64,000 bases of DNA from an uncultured Methylomirabilota bacterium (lineage in GTDB: Bacteria > Methylomirabilota > Methylomirabilia > Methylomirabilales > 2-02-FULL-66-22), in NCBI GenBank assembly GCA_963845565.1, contig CAWJSJ010000005.1, positions 768,001 through 832,000 of the forward strand, read 5' to 3'. Below the pieces are notes generated by a model, which was not told the origin of the DNA, did no database searches, and saw only the letters and a program-made list of their open reading frames with translations. This document shows positions 10,350-20,292 of the stretch, one piece after another. Each line of letters begins with the position of its first letter. The stretch's first letter is position 1. The translations under genes and the position numbers were made by a program.

Positions 10350-11850
10350 TCGGGATGACCTCCAGCAACCGAAGCCGCCGTATTCCAAGCCCGTCAAAGT
10401 CCCGCAGGATGCGGAAACCGGCCGGAGGCGGGGCGTACACCAACGGCCAGAGCTTGGGGCGATCCGCCAGCCACCGGTCGTCGAGAACGACGATGGTCGC
10501 CCCGTTGCGGCGCGCCAACGCCAGCAGCTCGGCGGGCGGGATATCCGGAAGGGGAACAACCCGGCGGCCGCCATAGAAGCCCACGAAGGGCTTGCGGTCG
10601 AGGAGCGGAGCATCCGTGGAGGCTTTGCCGGCGAGCCACGCGGCCGCGTGGCGATAGACGGCAAGATCCGGATCCGGCCGCAGGAGCGGACGCAGGGTGA
10701 AGGGCAGTGTGGCCAGGACCACGACGGTCAGTATGGTCGCCAGCCAGCGGGTGGTGTCCCGTTCCCGGCCCGCCCAATGCGCAGTGGCACGTATCCCCCC
10801 AGCGACGAGGGGCAGGAGAAAGGGCAGCACGGGGAGAAACACGCGCGTTTCCACGTGGAACGCCAGGGTGGCCAGCGGCGGCACGCTGGCCAGAAGCAGG
10901 AAGCCCTCGCGATCCCACCATCCGGACCGCCTCGCGGCCGCCAGGACCCCCGGGAGCAACAACAGGACCAGCACGCCGGGAAAGAGCTCCGGGAGGACGT
11001 ACTTCGCCAGAAGAATCGTGTTCTCCACGAAGCGCCAGGCGATGGGGACCGCATGATCCGCCAGATACCCAAGGTCGGTGTGGTCCGATGCGGGCAAGCG
11101 GCCGGTGTCCTGGACCAGGTTGTGGAGTACCTTGCCGGTGAGCGTCCAGCGCCCGAGCGTGTGACGCAGGTACACCCAGTACGGACCGGCACACGCGAGG
11201 AATCCCAGACCGGCGAGTATCAGGGGACCTAGAACCCCCCGTTCCTTTGGCGCGCGACTCCCGCGGTAGACCGCCCATCCGAGGAGTCCGAGGAGGTACA
11301 GGAACGCCTCGGGGCGAACGAGGTAGGCCAGTCCCAGCGCAATCCCGGCGGCCGGGAGCGTCCACGGACGCCCGGCGGTGCAGGCTCGATGACCGATCCA
11401 GACCGCCAGGATGAGCCAGAAGGTGTAGATCGCCTCGGAGAGAACCGACGCCCCGCTGAGGACGAGGGCGGGGTGGATGGAAAGGAGTCCAGCCGTGACC
11501 AGCGCGGAGGCGGGCCCCAGGATGACCCTCGCCAGCGCGTAGGCGGGAAGGATCAGTGCCGTGCCGAAGAGTGCGGACACGAGTCGGCCGGCCGCCTCCA
11601 GATCGACGGCGAGCGGTGCCGTCAGCGCGATCGCCACCGAATACAGGGGATGGAACAGGGGGTCCCAGGGGATGCCGGACGCGCGAAACTGCTCGGCGAT
11701 GCGGACGTACTGAACCCCGTCGGTCTCGATGACGGGAATGGCCGCGGCCACCCATCGGCGCAGGGCGAACGCGAGCAAGAGGAGCGTGGCGAGCACCCCC
11801 GCCTCCATCCCGCTCCAGGGACGTTCCCCGCTCTCAGGAAGCTCCCCCAT
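10342..11850 (-). CDS. GT-C fold (ArnT/PMT-like) membrane glycosyltransferase
   Basis: Many TM helices; ETDGVQY, HPLYS, VLSEAIY, YLVRPEA. Confidence 0.75.
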   Translation of the reverse strand: MGELPESGERPWSGMEAGVLATLLLLAFALRRWVAAAIPVIETDGVQYVRIAEQFRASGIPWDPLFHPLYSVAIALTAPLAVDLEAAGRLVSALFGTALILPAYALARVILGPASALVTAGLLSIHPALVLSGASVLSEAIYTFWLILAVWIGHRACTAGRPWTLPAAGIALGLAYLVRPEAFLYLLGLLGWAVYRGSRAPKERGVLGPLILAGLGFLACAGPYWVYLRHTLGRWTLTGKVLHNLVQDTGRLPASDHTDLGYLADHAVPIAWRFVENTILLAKYVLPELFPGVLVLLLLPGVLAAARRSGWWDREGFLLLASVPPLATLAFHVETRVFLPVLPFLLPLVAGGIRATAHWAGRERDTTRWLATILTVVVLATLPFTLRPLLRPDPDLAVYRHAAAWLAGKASTDAPLLDRKPFVGFYGGRRVVPLPDIPPAELLALARRNGATIVVLDDRWLADRPKLWPLVYAPPPAGFRILRDFDGLGIRRLRLLEVIPNA

Positions 11851-12676
11851 TGGATCCTTCCTCTATCGGACCGCGCTCTGCGTCGCCGTCCGGAGCGGCC
11901 ACGGCCCCCGGACGAGTCAACTCCCAGAGTTTGGCGTAGTTGCAGAAGGTCACGATTGCCGCCATGGCGGACAGGACCAGACCGTGCCTTCCTTCTCGAA
12001 ACCCCATCTGCAGGATGTACTTCCGGAGGAAGACGGTCAACGGTTTGGCGACGAAATACCAGGGGGTCCGCCAGGCCGTCAGGCGAACGCCTCGCCGAGC
12101 CAACATCCGCGCATCGAAGGCCGTATACAGGTTCATCTTTCGGATGTGTTCGGCGAGAGAGTCGTAGCTGTAGTGGAGGAGGTCGCCGGCCAGGTCGCCG
12201 ACCGAGCCGTCCACCACCACCTCTTCATGCACGAAGGCGTCGGTGAATCGTCCGGCCCCAGCGCGGAACAACCGCAGGACCGGGTTGGGGTACCAGCCGC
12301 AGTGCCGGATAAAACGGCCGAGGTAGTTGGTGAGGCGAGGCATGCGGTATCCCGCGTGGACCGAGGGCCCGGCCACAGCGCGGACGATGGAGTCGTGCAG
12401 GTCCGGGGTCACCACCTCGTCGGCATCGAGGCTCAGGATCCACGGCCGGGAGGCATGGCGGATGGCGAAGTTCTTCTGGTCTCCGAATCCGCAGGTCATC
12501 GTCCGCGAGATCACCGCGGCGCCGTATTCGCGGCAGACAGCCGGAGTGCCATCCGTGCTGTGCTGGTCCACGACGATGATCTCCTCGGCCCAGCGGACGC
12601 TCTCCAGGCATCGCCGAATCCGGCGCGCCTCATTCCGGGTGATGATGATCACGGAGATGCCGTCGGGCTCAGGCAT
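11834..12676 (-). CDS. Glycosyltransferase family 2 (WaaE/KdtX-like)
   Basis: IITRNEA, SLDADE, GWYP..LRLF, VHE, LLHYSY. Confidence 0.88.
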   Translation of the reverse strand: MPEPDGISVIIITRNEARRIRRCLESVRWAEEIIVVDQHSTDGTPAVCREYGAAVISRTMTCGFGDQKNFAIRHASRPWILSLDADEVVTPDLHDSIVRAVAGPSVHAGYRMPRLTNYLGRFIRHCGWYPNPVLRLFRAGAGRFTDAFVHEEVVVDGSVGDLAGDLLHYSYDSLAEHIRKMNLYTAFDARMLARRGVRLTAWRTPWYFVAKPLTVFLRKYILQMGFREGRHGLVLSAMAAIVTFCNYAKLWELTRPGAVAAPDGDAERGPIEEGSNGGAS

Positions 12677-13448
12677 GTTCACCGTCCTCGCGAGATGGTC
12701 GGACTCCTCGAACGATGAGGTCCTCCCCAAACAGGAGTGCCGGCGACAGCAGTTGGCCGGCCACCTGGTCCGTTCGTCGTGTGAGTCGGGTTATCAGGCC
12801 CGCTACCGACGCGACCACGGTCAGTGCCGGCCGAGCCCATGGTGCCCACCCTGTCGTGTCGCGCAGCGCCACCCGAATGTCCCGATTGGTGGCCACGTCC
12901 GTGATCCGGAGACCGGCGCGTGCAAAAAGATACCGGAGTTCGGGGTATCCCACGGGGTTGATGTGCCCCTTGGCGCCATGGAATGCCGTCTCGCGGCTGC
13001 CCGACAGGGTGTCGAAGAAGTCGCACGTCCCCAGCAGCAGGAAGTGGAGGCGAGAGTAGACGTTGAGGATGTTCGGGGTGGTCACGACGAACGCCCCGCC
13101 GGGCCGCAGGATGCGGGCAAACTCACGCGCGAGGTGATGGGGGTTCTCGAGGTGTTCGAGCACCTCGGAGGACACGACACCGTCAAAGGAGGCGTCGACA
13201 AACGGGAGGCGCGCGGCGAGGTCCGCCCGGATGCACGGCACGCCGGAAGCACGGAAGCGCGACGGGCTGACATCGCACGCCACGACCCGGTACCCCCGGC
13301 GGCGCAAGGCATCGCTCAGCGCCCCCTCTCCCGCTCCGGCATCCAGGATCCGAGCGGTCCCACCGGAAGGAAACCAGGCGAGGATGGTCTCGTGGACGTT
13401 GGGTTGGGTGTCCGGGCGGGGCGACCCGGCCGTCGGGAGGTCACTCAT
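12669..13448 (-). CDS. Class I SAM-dependent methyltransferase
   Basis: ILDAGAGEG, EVLEHLENP, LRPGG..TTPN. Confidence 0.87.
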   Translation of the reverse strand: MSDLPTAGSPRPDTQPNVHETILAWFPSGGTARILDAGAGEGALSDALRRRGYRVVACDVSPSRFRASGVPCIRADLAARLPFVDASFDGVVSSEVLEHLENPHHLAREFARILRPGGAFVVTTPNILNVYSRLHFLLLGTCDFFDTLSGSRETAFHGAKGHINPVGYPELRYLFARAGLRITDVATNRDIRVALRDTTGWAPWARPALTVVASVAGLITRLTRRTDQVAGQLLSPALLFGEDLIVRGVRPSREDGEHA

Positions 13449-14560
13449 CGGTTTCTCGCGATCGTTTCATACAATGCGATCGTCTGGAGCGCACTGTCCT
13501 GCCACGACCATTTCGAGGCGGACAGCGCGCGCGCAGCCTGGGCCATGCGTACGGCCGCGGCCCGGTTCTCCAGGAGGTCGCACACCGCCGCCGCCATCGC
13601 TTCAGGCGCATGGGCGGGGACCAGGCGAGCAGTGATCCCGTCGCGGAGGAACTCGCTGAAGGCGCCCACTGCCGTGGCCACCACTGGGGTTCCCAGGCTG
13701 CACGCGAGGCGCAGCGACGCGCTGTCGGTGATGTCGGAATAATTAAAGACGGCCAGGTCCGTGGCGGCGAAGTACAGAGCCACCTCCGCGTGGGGGACAT
13801 ACCGGGGCCGGAACTCCACGGCGTCCGAGACCCCCGCCCGGGAAATGGCCTCGTGATACTCGGCCTCCGTCCCCACCAGCAGCGGGCCGGCGACCACCAG
13901 GCGCGCATCGGGGTGACGTTCGCGGACCAGGGCGAGAACCCGGAAGAGTTCGGTGAGTCCTTTGTAGGGGCGTATGGCACCGAATGCCAGCAGGAGCGGA
14001 CCGGAAGAGGGAAGCCGTAAACGGCCGCGCGCGGCGGAGGGTGAGGGGAGCGGTGCGGGCGCGAAGAATCCGAACTCGCCAAGATGGATCAAGGCGACCA
14101 CGGGGCGCACGCCCAGTCGCCGGGTCGCAATCCGGACACTCTCGGCGGTATGCGCCACCAGGGCGTCCGCCGCACGAAAGCTGCGCCAGGTCGTCCACGC
14201 TTCCCACGGGCTGCTCTCGTGGCTGCGGATGTTGTGGGCGGTCATGACCAGCGGGGCCCGGCGTCGGGCGGCCGGCCACAGGAAAGCGTCGAAACGGGAC
14301 GACAGCAGGCTCTGGACGTGGATGATGTCCGGAGCGAGTCGGTCGAGGGTGTCCAGGAGGAGTCGAGCGCTCTTCAGGTAGCGCCGTCCGGCGGTGAAGC
14401 AGGGTTCGACCTGGAAACGCCGGGGAAGGCTCGCCAGTTCGAACGCCGAATTGGTCAAGAGGTGGACGTCAACCCCCGCCGCCGCGAGGGCTTCGCACAG
14501 GTTCCAGGCGTAGTGCCCGATACCGCCCCATCCCCCGGTTTCGACCATGGCGACTCTCAC
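13445..14560 (-). CDS. Glycosyltransferase family 4
   Basis: GGIGHY, FGAIRPYKG, PVVATAVG. Confidence 0.88.
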   Translation of the reverse strand: MRVAMVETGGWGGIGHYAWNLCEALAAAGVDVHLLTNSAFELASLPRRFQVEPCFTAGRRYLKSARLLLDTLDRLAPDIIHVQSLLSSRFDAFLWPAARRRAPLVMTAHNIRSHESSPWEAWTTWRSFRAADALVAHTAESVRIATRRLGVRPVVALIHLGEFGFFAPAPLPSPSAARGRLRLPSSGPLLLAFGAIRPYKGLTELFRVLALVRERHPDARLVVAGPLLVGTEAEYHEAISRAGVSDAVEFRPRYVPHAEVALYFAATDLAVFNYSDITDSASLRLACSLGTPVVATAVGAFSEFLRDGITARLVPAHAPEAMAAAVCDLLENRAAAVRMAQAARALSASKWSWQDSALQTIALYETIARNR

Positions 14561-15567
14561 GGCCGACCCTCCCCCGAGCCGGGGTCGGCGACGGCGCCCG
14601 GCAACTGCCTCAGCAAACGAAAGCAGGCGGCGAGCTTGGGGCCGAGGAGGTGCGCGCGCCGGTGGGAGACCGGCAGATATTTCAGCGCGAGCGCGGGCAT
14701 GCGCGCGAGCGTGTACAGGCCGACGGCTGTTGCGAGAATTCCCGCCGGGACGATTCCCCGGTGCTTCCGGAAATACCGAATATAGCCCAGAAAGTACTCG
14801 ACCTCTCGGACGGAGGTCTGGAGCGTGCTGGCGCCGTGCCAGTGGGCCGCCGCGGCGGTGGGGCAGAAGGCGACGCCATACCCCGCGTCCTGGAGCCGAC
14901 GACAGAGGTCGGTCTCTTCAAAGTACATCCGGAACTCGTCGTCGAATCCGCCGATGCGTCGGAAGGCCTCCCCGCGGATGAGCATGGCGGCCCCGGACAC
15001 CGCCTGGACGGCGGCGGGTTGCGCGACGTCCAATTCACTGTAGTAAAACCGCCGGACCCAGCGGTTTCCAGGAAACAGGGCATGGAACGCAGACAATTCG
15101 CCGAGCGCGAATCCGAGTGTAGGGAACCGCTTGCAGGACGGTTGCGGCTTCCCGTCGCGGCCCGTGAGGCGGGGGCCAACCGCGCCGCACTGCGGGTGGT
15201 CGTCCAGGAAACGACGGAGGGCGATCAGGCTGTCCGGATCGAGCAGGACATCCCCGTTGAGCGCACACAGGTAGCCCGCCGGGAAAACTTGAAAGGCCCG
15301 GTTCAGCGCCACTCCGTATCCCGGGTTGTCCGGATAGCTCACGACCGGCACCTCGGGGTGCGCCGCGCGCAACGCCTCGCAGGTACCGTCGCGGGACCCG
15401 TTGTCCACCACGACAACCTGGGCCAAGAGGCCCGCGGACGCCCGTCGGGCCGCCGTCACGGCTTGCAGGGTCAGGTCTTGCGTATTGTAGCTGACGATGA
15501 TGACAGCCGTGTCCCTCATTGCCGTGCCGGGATTCTCCGCGGCTCGCTGCCCGTGCGCAGCGTTCAT
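14557..15567 (-). CDS. Glycosyltransferase family 2
   Basis: IIVSYNT, VVDNGSRDG, SGAAMLIR, GFDDEFRMYFEETDLC. ATGA coupling with upstream gene. Confidence 0.88.
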   Translation of the reverse strand: MNAAHGQRAAENPGTAMRDTAVIIVSYNTQDLTLQAVTAARRASAGLLAQVVVVDNGSRDGTCEALRAAHPEVPVVSYPDNPGYGVALNRAFQVFPAGYLCALNGDVLLDPDSLIALRRFLDDHPQCGAVGPRLTGRDGKPQPSCKRFPTLGFALGELSAFHALFPGNRWVRRFYYSELDVAQPAAVQAVSGAAMLIRGEAFRRIGGFDDEFRMYFEETDLCRRLQDAGYGVAFCPTAAAAHWHGASTLQTSVREVEYFLGYIRYFRKHRGIVPAGILATAVGLYTLARMPALALKYLPVSHRRAHLLGPKLAACFRLLRQLPGAVADPGSGEGRP

Positions 15568-16283
15568 GCCTCGACCCGCCGCGCCTTGGCGATCAGCGAC
15601 AGATTCCGCATCGGACAGCAGCGCATGCTGAGCTCCCCGACGGCCCGCAACACGCGGCTGGTGGACGTCGGCAGATCTCCGACGGAGAACAGGGCCTCCA
15701 CGTGGAACCCGGCCTCTCCCAGCGCGGCGCGCAGCGTGCGCGGCGCGAAGTACCGGACATGGCCGTTCTCCCCGGCGCGGTGATCCACGAAAAAGAACTG
15801 CTGCTGCCGGGCCCATTGCAGGAGGTTTCGCCAGTACGCGAGGTTGGGCGTGGTGAGCAGCAAGACGCCGCGCGGACGGAGGATACGCCGACACTCCCCG
15901 AGGAAGCCGAGCGTGTCGAGCAGGTGCTCGACGACTTCCCCGGCGAACACCACGTCGAACTCCCCGTCCGCGAAGGGGACGCCGTGTGCGATGTCGTATT
16001 GCCGATATTCGAAATCCGGCGACACCGCCGCGGGATCGAGGCAGTCGATTCCGCAGCGGCGGATTGCCGCGGGAATCCGCCCGAGGAGTTCTCCCCGACT
16101 GCACCCGATATCCAGGACGGCAGCCGGATGCTCAGCCAACGCCAATGGGAGCACCGACGCGGCGCGACGGTCGAAGGTGACATCGCGGGGTTGCGCGGCA
16201 AAGATCGCCGCATTCTCGGCGTGGGTCGTCATGGGTTCCATCGGCGTCGCGTCGGCCGGCGGCGTCCGGGGTTGACGAGGCAT
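15564..16283 (-). CDS. Class I SAM-dependent methyltransferase
   Basis: VLDIGCSRG, GEVVEHL, TTPNL. Confidence 0.85.
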   Translation of the reverse strand: MPRQPRTPPADATPMEPMTTHAENAAIFAAQPRDVTFDRRAASVLPLALAEHPAAVLDIGCSRGELLGRIPAAIRRCGIDCLDPAAVSPDFEYRQYDIAHGVPFADGEFDVVFAGEVVEHLLDTLGFLGECRRILRPRGVLLLTTPNLAYWRNLLQWARQQQFFFVDHRAGENGHVRYFAPRTLRAALGEAGFHVEALFSVGDLPTSTSRVLRAVGELSMRCCPMRNLSLIAKARRVEA

Positions 16284-16287
16284 GCCC

Positions 16288-17226
16288 TCACTCTCCCTCG
16301 GGGCGTGCGGGGACGGCGGCGAGGCGGGCAGCAAGACACTGGAACAGCATCCACCAGGCCGTCCGCTGCGCCGGCCACACGCGCACCGAGTTCCAGAGGC
16401 GCCGGGACGCCTCCGACCACCTGCGCTGGCGGGCGAGTTGGTATCCGTGCCAGTTATGGGTGTCGGCGACCAGGCGACGGCCGGCCGGGCCGAGCGCGCG
16501 GATCTGCTCGGCGAAACGCACCCTGGCCCGGTCGAGCAGCGCGAACCGGCGCCGGTCCCTGGCGGCGGGGTCGGCCGAGAGGCTTCCGGCGTGCACCAGG
16601 CACCCCCCGAGGACATCGGGCGCGTAGGACGCCTCGAATCGGTCCGCGAGACGCAACAGGAACTCCCAATCCTCCAGTCCGACCATCTCAGGGTCTTCGT
16701 CGAACGCCCCCACCGCGTCCAGGCAGGTCCGCCGAAACAAGGGGGCGTGCACGGGAATGAAGTTCCCGTGGATCAGCTGCGGGAAGAGCCACCCCCCGAG
16801 CCGGGGGCGCGCGGCGTACCCGAAGCGTGCCGAGGCCAAGCCGACGGGTCCGCCCTTCTCGTCCACATATTCGATGTCGCAATACGTCCAGGGCGCAGCG
16901 GCGTGCTCCCACACGAGGGGCAGTTGCCGCTCCAGCTTGTGCGGGAGAATCCAGTCGTCCGCGTCGAGGAACATCACCACCTCGCCGCGGGCATGCGCCA
17001 GACCAAGGTTCCGCGCAGCCGCGGGCCCGCGATTGGCCTGCGCGAACCAGCGCACCCGATCCCCAAAGCCCCGGAGCGCCTCCGCGGTGCCGTCGGTCGA
17101 GCCATCGTCCACCACGATGAGGTCCAGGGCACGATGGGTCTGCGACAGGACGCTCTTCACCGCCCGGCCGACAAATGGCGCGGCGTTGAACGCCGGAATG
17201 ACGACGGACACGATCGGTGTGTTCAT
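16288..17226 (-). CDS. Glycosyltransferase family 2
   Basis: SVVIPAFN, VDDGSTD, FLDADD, EDWEF. Confidence 0.9.
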   Translation of the reverse strand: MNTPIVSVVIPAFNAAPFVGRAVKSVLSQTHRALDLIVVDDGSTDGTAEALRGFGDRVRWFAQANRGPAAARNLGLAHARGEVVMFLDADDWILPHKLERQLPLVWEHAAAPWTYCDIEYVDEKGGPVGLASARFGYAARPRLGGWLFPQLIHGNFIPVHAPLFRRTCLDAVGAFDEDPEMVGLEDWEFLLRLADRFEASYAPDVLGGCLVHAGSLSADPAARDRRRFALLDRARVRFAEQIRALGPAGRRLVADTHNWHGYQLARQRRWSEASRRLWNSVRVWPAQRTAWWMLFQCLAARLAAVPARPEGE

Positions 17227-17296
17227 CGTTCGATGGCCGTTCCCCTTCACCGGCACGCCGCAGACGGCCGCGCCGCGCCCTGCCCGCTATGCGGCC

Positions 17297-18748
17297 TCAC
17301 GACCACGCTCGCCTGCAATCCTCGAGGACCTCGTATCTCCAGGCCGATCCGCTGAGATACCCAAGCAGCGCCGCGTACGCCACGCAGGCCCCGGCCAGGC
17401 CAAGCCCGAGATTGGCGGAGGTGTCTGCCCACCACTGCGACCCCACGAAGAAGACCAGGGCGCTCAGGCTCGCTGCTGCGAGCGGCGCCCGAATCGCGGA
17501 CACCAGCTTGAGCTGCCAGGGGCGCAACACAACACACGCCGCTCCGGCCATGATGATCGATGCGAGGAAGCTGGCGGCAGCAAACCCCACGAACCCGACC
17601 AGGGCGACCAGGGCGGTGGCGAGCGCCCACACCGCGGTGGCCCACAGGAGATTCAAATAGAGCACGGTCTTCGCCTGCCCCAAGCCGTAGAGGCCCTGCA
17701 GCAGGAGGTTCACGGGTCCGCCGACGACCGCGGTGAGGCAAAACAAGCGGACGGCAGGAACGGAGGGAAGCCAGGCGCTGCCATAGAGGGCCGGAATCAC
17801 GCGGTCCGCGCTCACCAGCAGCAGCAAGGCTGCCGGAAAGAGGATCGCAGCCACGCGATTGAGCGCGCGCTCCAGCGCGCGCGCGAATGCCTCCGGATTC
17901 TGTTGCAGGGCCGAGAGCGCCGGAAACAGCACCCGACCGGCCACCGCGATCACCTGAAGCGGCATGAACGCCACGCTGGCCGCCCAATTCAGGAACCCCG
18001 CGGCCGCCACACCGCTCCAGGACACGACCAGCGTCGGGACGACGGAATCTCGGGCGGCAATGACCAGCGCGCTTCCCTGAAACGACGCGCCGAACCGCAG
18101 GAGGGGCGCGAGGTCGCGCCATCTCCACCGCAGCGCGGGCCGCCACCGGGTTGCGAGGAGCAAGGCGCTCAGCCCAAGGCAGCGACCCGCCACCGCCCCG
18201 ACCACGAAGCTCCACACGCCGGCGCCTGCCACGGCAAGCGCGACCGCGACCGCGAAATAGGTCACGGTCTCGATGGTCTCCGACGCCATGAGAGGCAGAT
18301 ACGACAACTCGCGCTCCAGCATCACGGCGGAGGGAGTGCGGAGTGCCGCCAAAGGCAGCACGAGGCTGAGTGTGCGGAGCGGGCCAATGGCGTCGGCAGG
18401 GAGATGCAGCCAGCGGGTGAGCGTCGGCGCCAACGCAACCAAGGCCGCCCCCAGCACCACGGCCAGGGCCAGCTGGGCCGTAAAAGCAACCTGCAGCGGC
18501 ATCGCGGTTGCCGATGCCGGGCGCTGAACCAGGGCCGCCCCCACACCGAGGTCCCCGCACGTCGAGGCCAGGGCAACGACAAACCCGACGACGGCATACA
18601 CGCCAAACGTTTCGGGCGTCAGATAACGCGCCAGGAGGATGCCGCCCCCGGCGGTGATCAACAGGCTGCAGGCCCGCTGACCGGCGACCAGCAGGAACCC
18701 TCGCAGGGTTCGGGCGCGAATGTCTTGATGAACAGCGATGGCCAGCAA
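17297..18748 (-). CDS. wzx: Wzx-type oligosaccharide flippase
   Basis: About 12 TM helices; LARYLTPETFG and DLGVGAALVQR typical of PST exporters. Confidence 0.85.
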   Translation of the reverse strand: MLAIAVHQDIRARTLRGFLLVAGQRACSLLITAGGGILLARYLTPETFGVYAVVGFVVALASTCGDLGVGAALVQRPASATAMPLQVAFTAQLALAVVLGAALVALAPTLTRWLHLPADAIGPLRTLSLVLPLAALRTPSAVMLERELSYLPLMASETIETVTYFAVAVALAVAGAGVWSFVVGAVAGRCLGLSALLLATRWRPALRWRWRDLAPLLRFGASFQGSALVIAARDSVVPTLVVSWSGVAAAGFLNWAASVAFMPLQVIAVAGRVLFPALSALQQNPEAFARALERALNRVAAILFPAALLLLVSADRVIPALYGSAWLPSVPAVRLFCLTAVVGGPVNLLLQGLYGLGQAKTVLYLNLLWATAVWALATALVALVGFVGFAAASFLASIIMAGAACVVLRPWQLKLVSAIRAPLAAASLSALVFFVGSQWWADTSANLGLGLAGACVAYAALLGYLSGSAWRYEVLEDCRRAWS

Positions 18749-18751
18749 CTC

Positions 18752-20155
18752 CTATGCGGGGCGACCCGCCGACCGCGGTGTCTCCTGCAAGAGCGGCAGG
18801 GTGGCGATGATCCCGGTCAGGAACCAGAACGGCTCCATGATGCGTACGATGATGAAGGTGTTGGCCCCGATCCCGTGCGCCAGTAGCGCGACGACGCCGG
18901 CGAGGTACCCCAGCGTCAGCGCGTGAAACCGGGTGCCGCGGGACTGACGGTAGGCATCCCACCCCATCCGAAGAATCCGCCACAACAGCCACAGAAACGC
19001 GGCGAGTCCCGCCAGGCCCGTCTCGACGAGCACACGAACGTACTGGGCATCCATGAAGGCGAAGCCCGCGGCGCCGTACCCGAAGACCGGGCGCCGGCTC
19101 CATCCCTCGACTCCCTGCTTCCAGCTGTCCAGGCGCGCGCTGGTGGAGGTGTCCAGCCGGGTGTCCCCGACCCGATACTCGCCGCGATCCGCCTTGTCGT
19201 GCAGGGTGTAGTTATATCGCTCCACGACCTGTTTCGGAAAGACGAGCGGGCCGGCCAGGACCACCACCCCCACGCCGACGAGGAGGATCAGGCGTCGCGG
19301 GCTCAGCAGGATGAGGGTGGCCAGCATGGGGAGGGTGGCCAGCCAGGACGTGCGGGACAGGGTGTACAGCAGCGGAACCGCCGCCAGACCGGCAAACGCG
19401 AACCAGAGGAGCTGACCCGGAAGCGACCGGGCCGCGAGCGCGTGCGCGAGGACGAGGGCCAGCATCAGCACCAGGTAGCCGCCGAAGGTGTTGGGCTCGC
19501 CGAATTTTCCTTCGAAGGGGGCCGCCACCCGTTCGCCGGAGGGGATCTGGGCGATGCCCATGGCGGCGGAGACGGCGCAGGTGACCAGGGCGGTGGCCAG
19601 CAATCGGCGCAGCGCCCGCTCATCCCGGGTGTAGTTCACGGCCATGAAGTACACGACAAAGTATTCCAGGTACTTGAGGACGAAGAAGAACCCCCGCGCC
19701 GGGCGCACGTTGCCGACGAAGACGCCCAGGAGCGTGGCCACGACCAGCGCGACGCTGTAGGCGAGGATGGGAGCGTTGAGCGGCGTGCGGCGAACCAGTC
19801 CCAGTTCTTTGAAGAGGGCCGTCCTGGCGACCCACGCCAGGGCGACGGTGGTGAGGATCAGGTCCTCCACCCGGAGGACCAGCACGTCCCCCTTGGCCTC
19901 CGGTTTCCCGATGGAGATTCCGCCCACGCTCCCCAGGACGATTTCCGGGGACAGCAGCATGGACAGCAGGATGATGTGCAGGGCGAGTTCGGTGTGCAGA
20001 ACGCTGACGAACAGCAGAACCACCAGGAGGCTGGCGCCCAGGCTGAGGCCCGGCCCCGTCTGGGCGATGATCAGACCCCCGCCGGCAGCCAAGAGCAGCA
20101 CGAACAGCGCCAGGGGGAGCGGGCCTGCCGACGTGTCGCGCGGGTGTGCCGCCAT
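18752..20155 (-). CDS. O-antigen ligase / Wzy polymerase family membrane protein
   Basis: Multi-TM; EPNTFGGYL, TLSRTSW, PVFGYG, LVETGLAG. Confidence 0.8.
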   Translation of the reverse strand: MAAHPRDTSAGPLPLALFVLLLAAGGGLIIAQTGPGLSLGASLLVVLLFVSVLHTELALHIILLSMLLSPEIVLGSVGGISIGKPEAKGDVLVLRVEDLILTTVALAWVARTALFKELGLVRRTPLNAPILAYSVALVVATLLGVFVGNVRPARGFFFVLKYLEYFVVYFMAVNYTRDERALRRLLATALVTCAVSAAMGIAQIPSGERVAAPFEGKFGEPNTFGGYLVLMLALVLAHALAARSLPGQLLWFAFAGLAAVPLLYTLSRTSWLATLPMLATLILLSPRRLILLVGVGVVVLAGPLVFPKQVVERYNYTLHDKADRGEYRVGDTRLDTSTSARLDSWKQGVEGWSRRPVFGYGAAGFAFMDAQYVRVLVETGLAGLAAFLWLLWRILRMGWDAYRQSRGTRFHALTLGYLAGVVALLAHGIGANTFIIVRIMEPFWFLTGIIATLPLLQETPRSAGRPA

Positions 20156-20292
20156 GCTGGTCCTCGCCTACCTGCGGCTATCCCGGTACCGGCGGACGGG
20201 GCGGAGATGGACGCGGCCACGCTGTGAGGCCCGAGGAGAGGCCTCCATCGCCGGCGTGGTCGGCGCCGCCCGCCGCACGACGAGGCCCGGCG

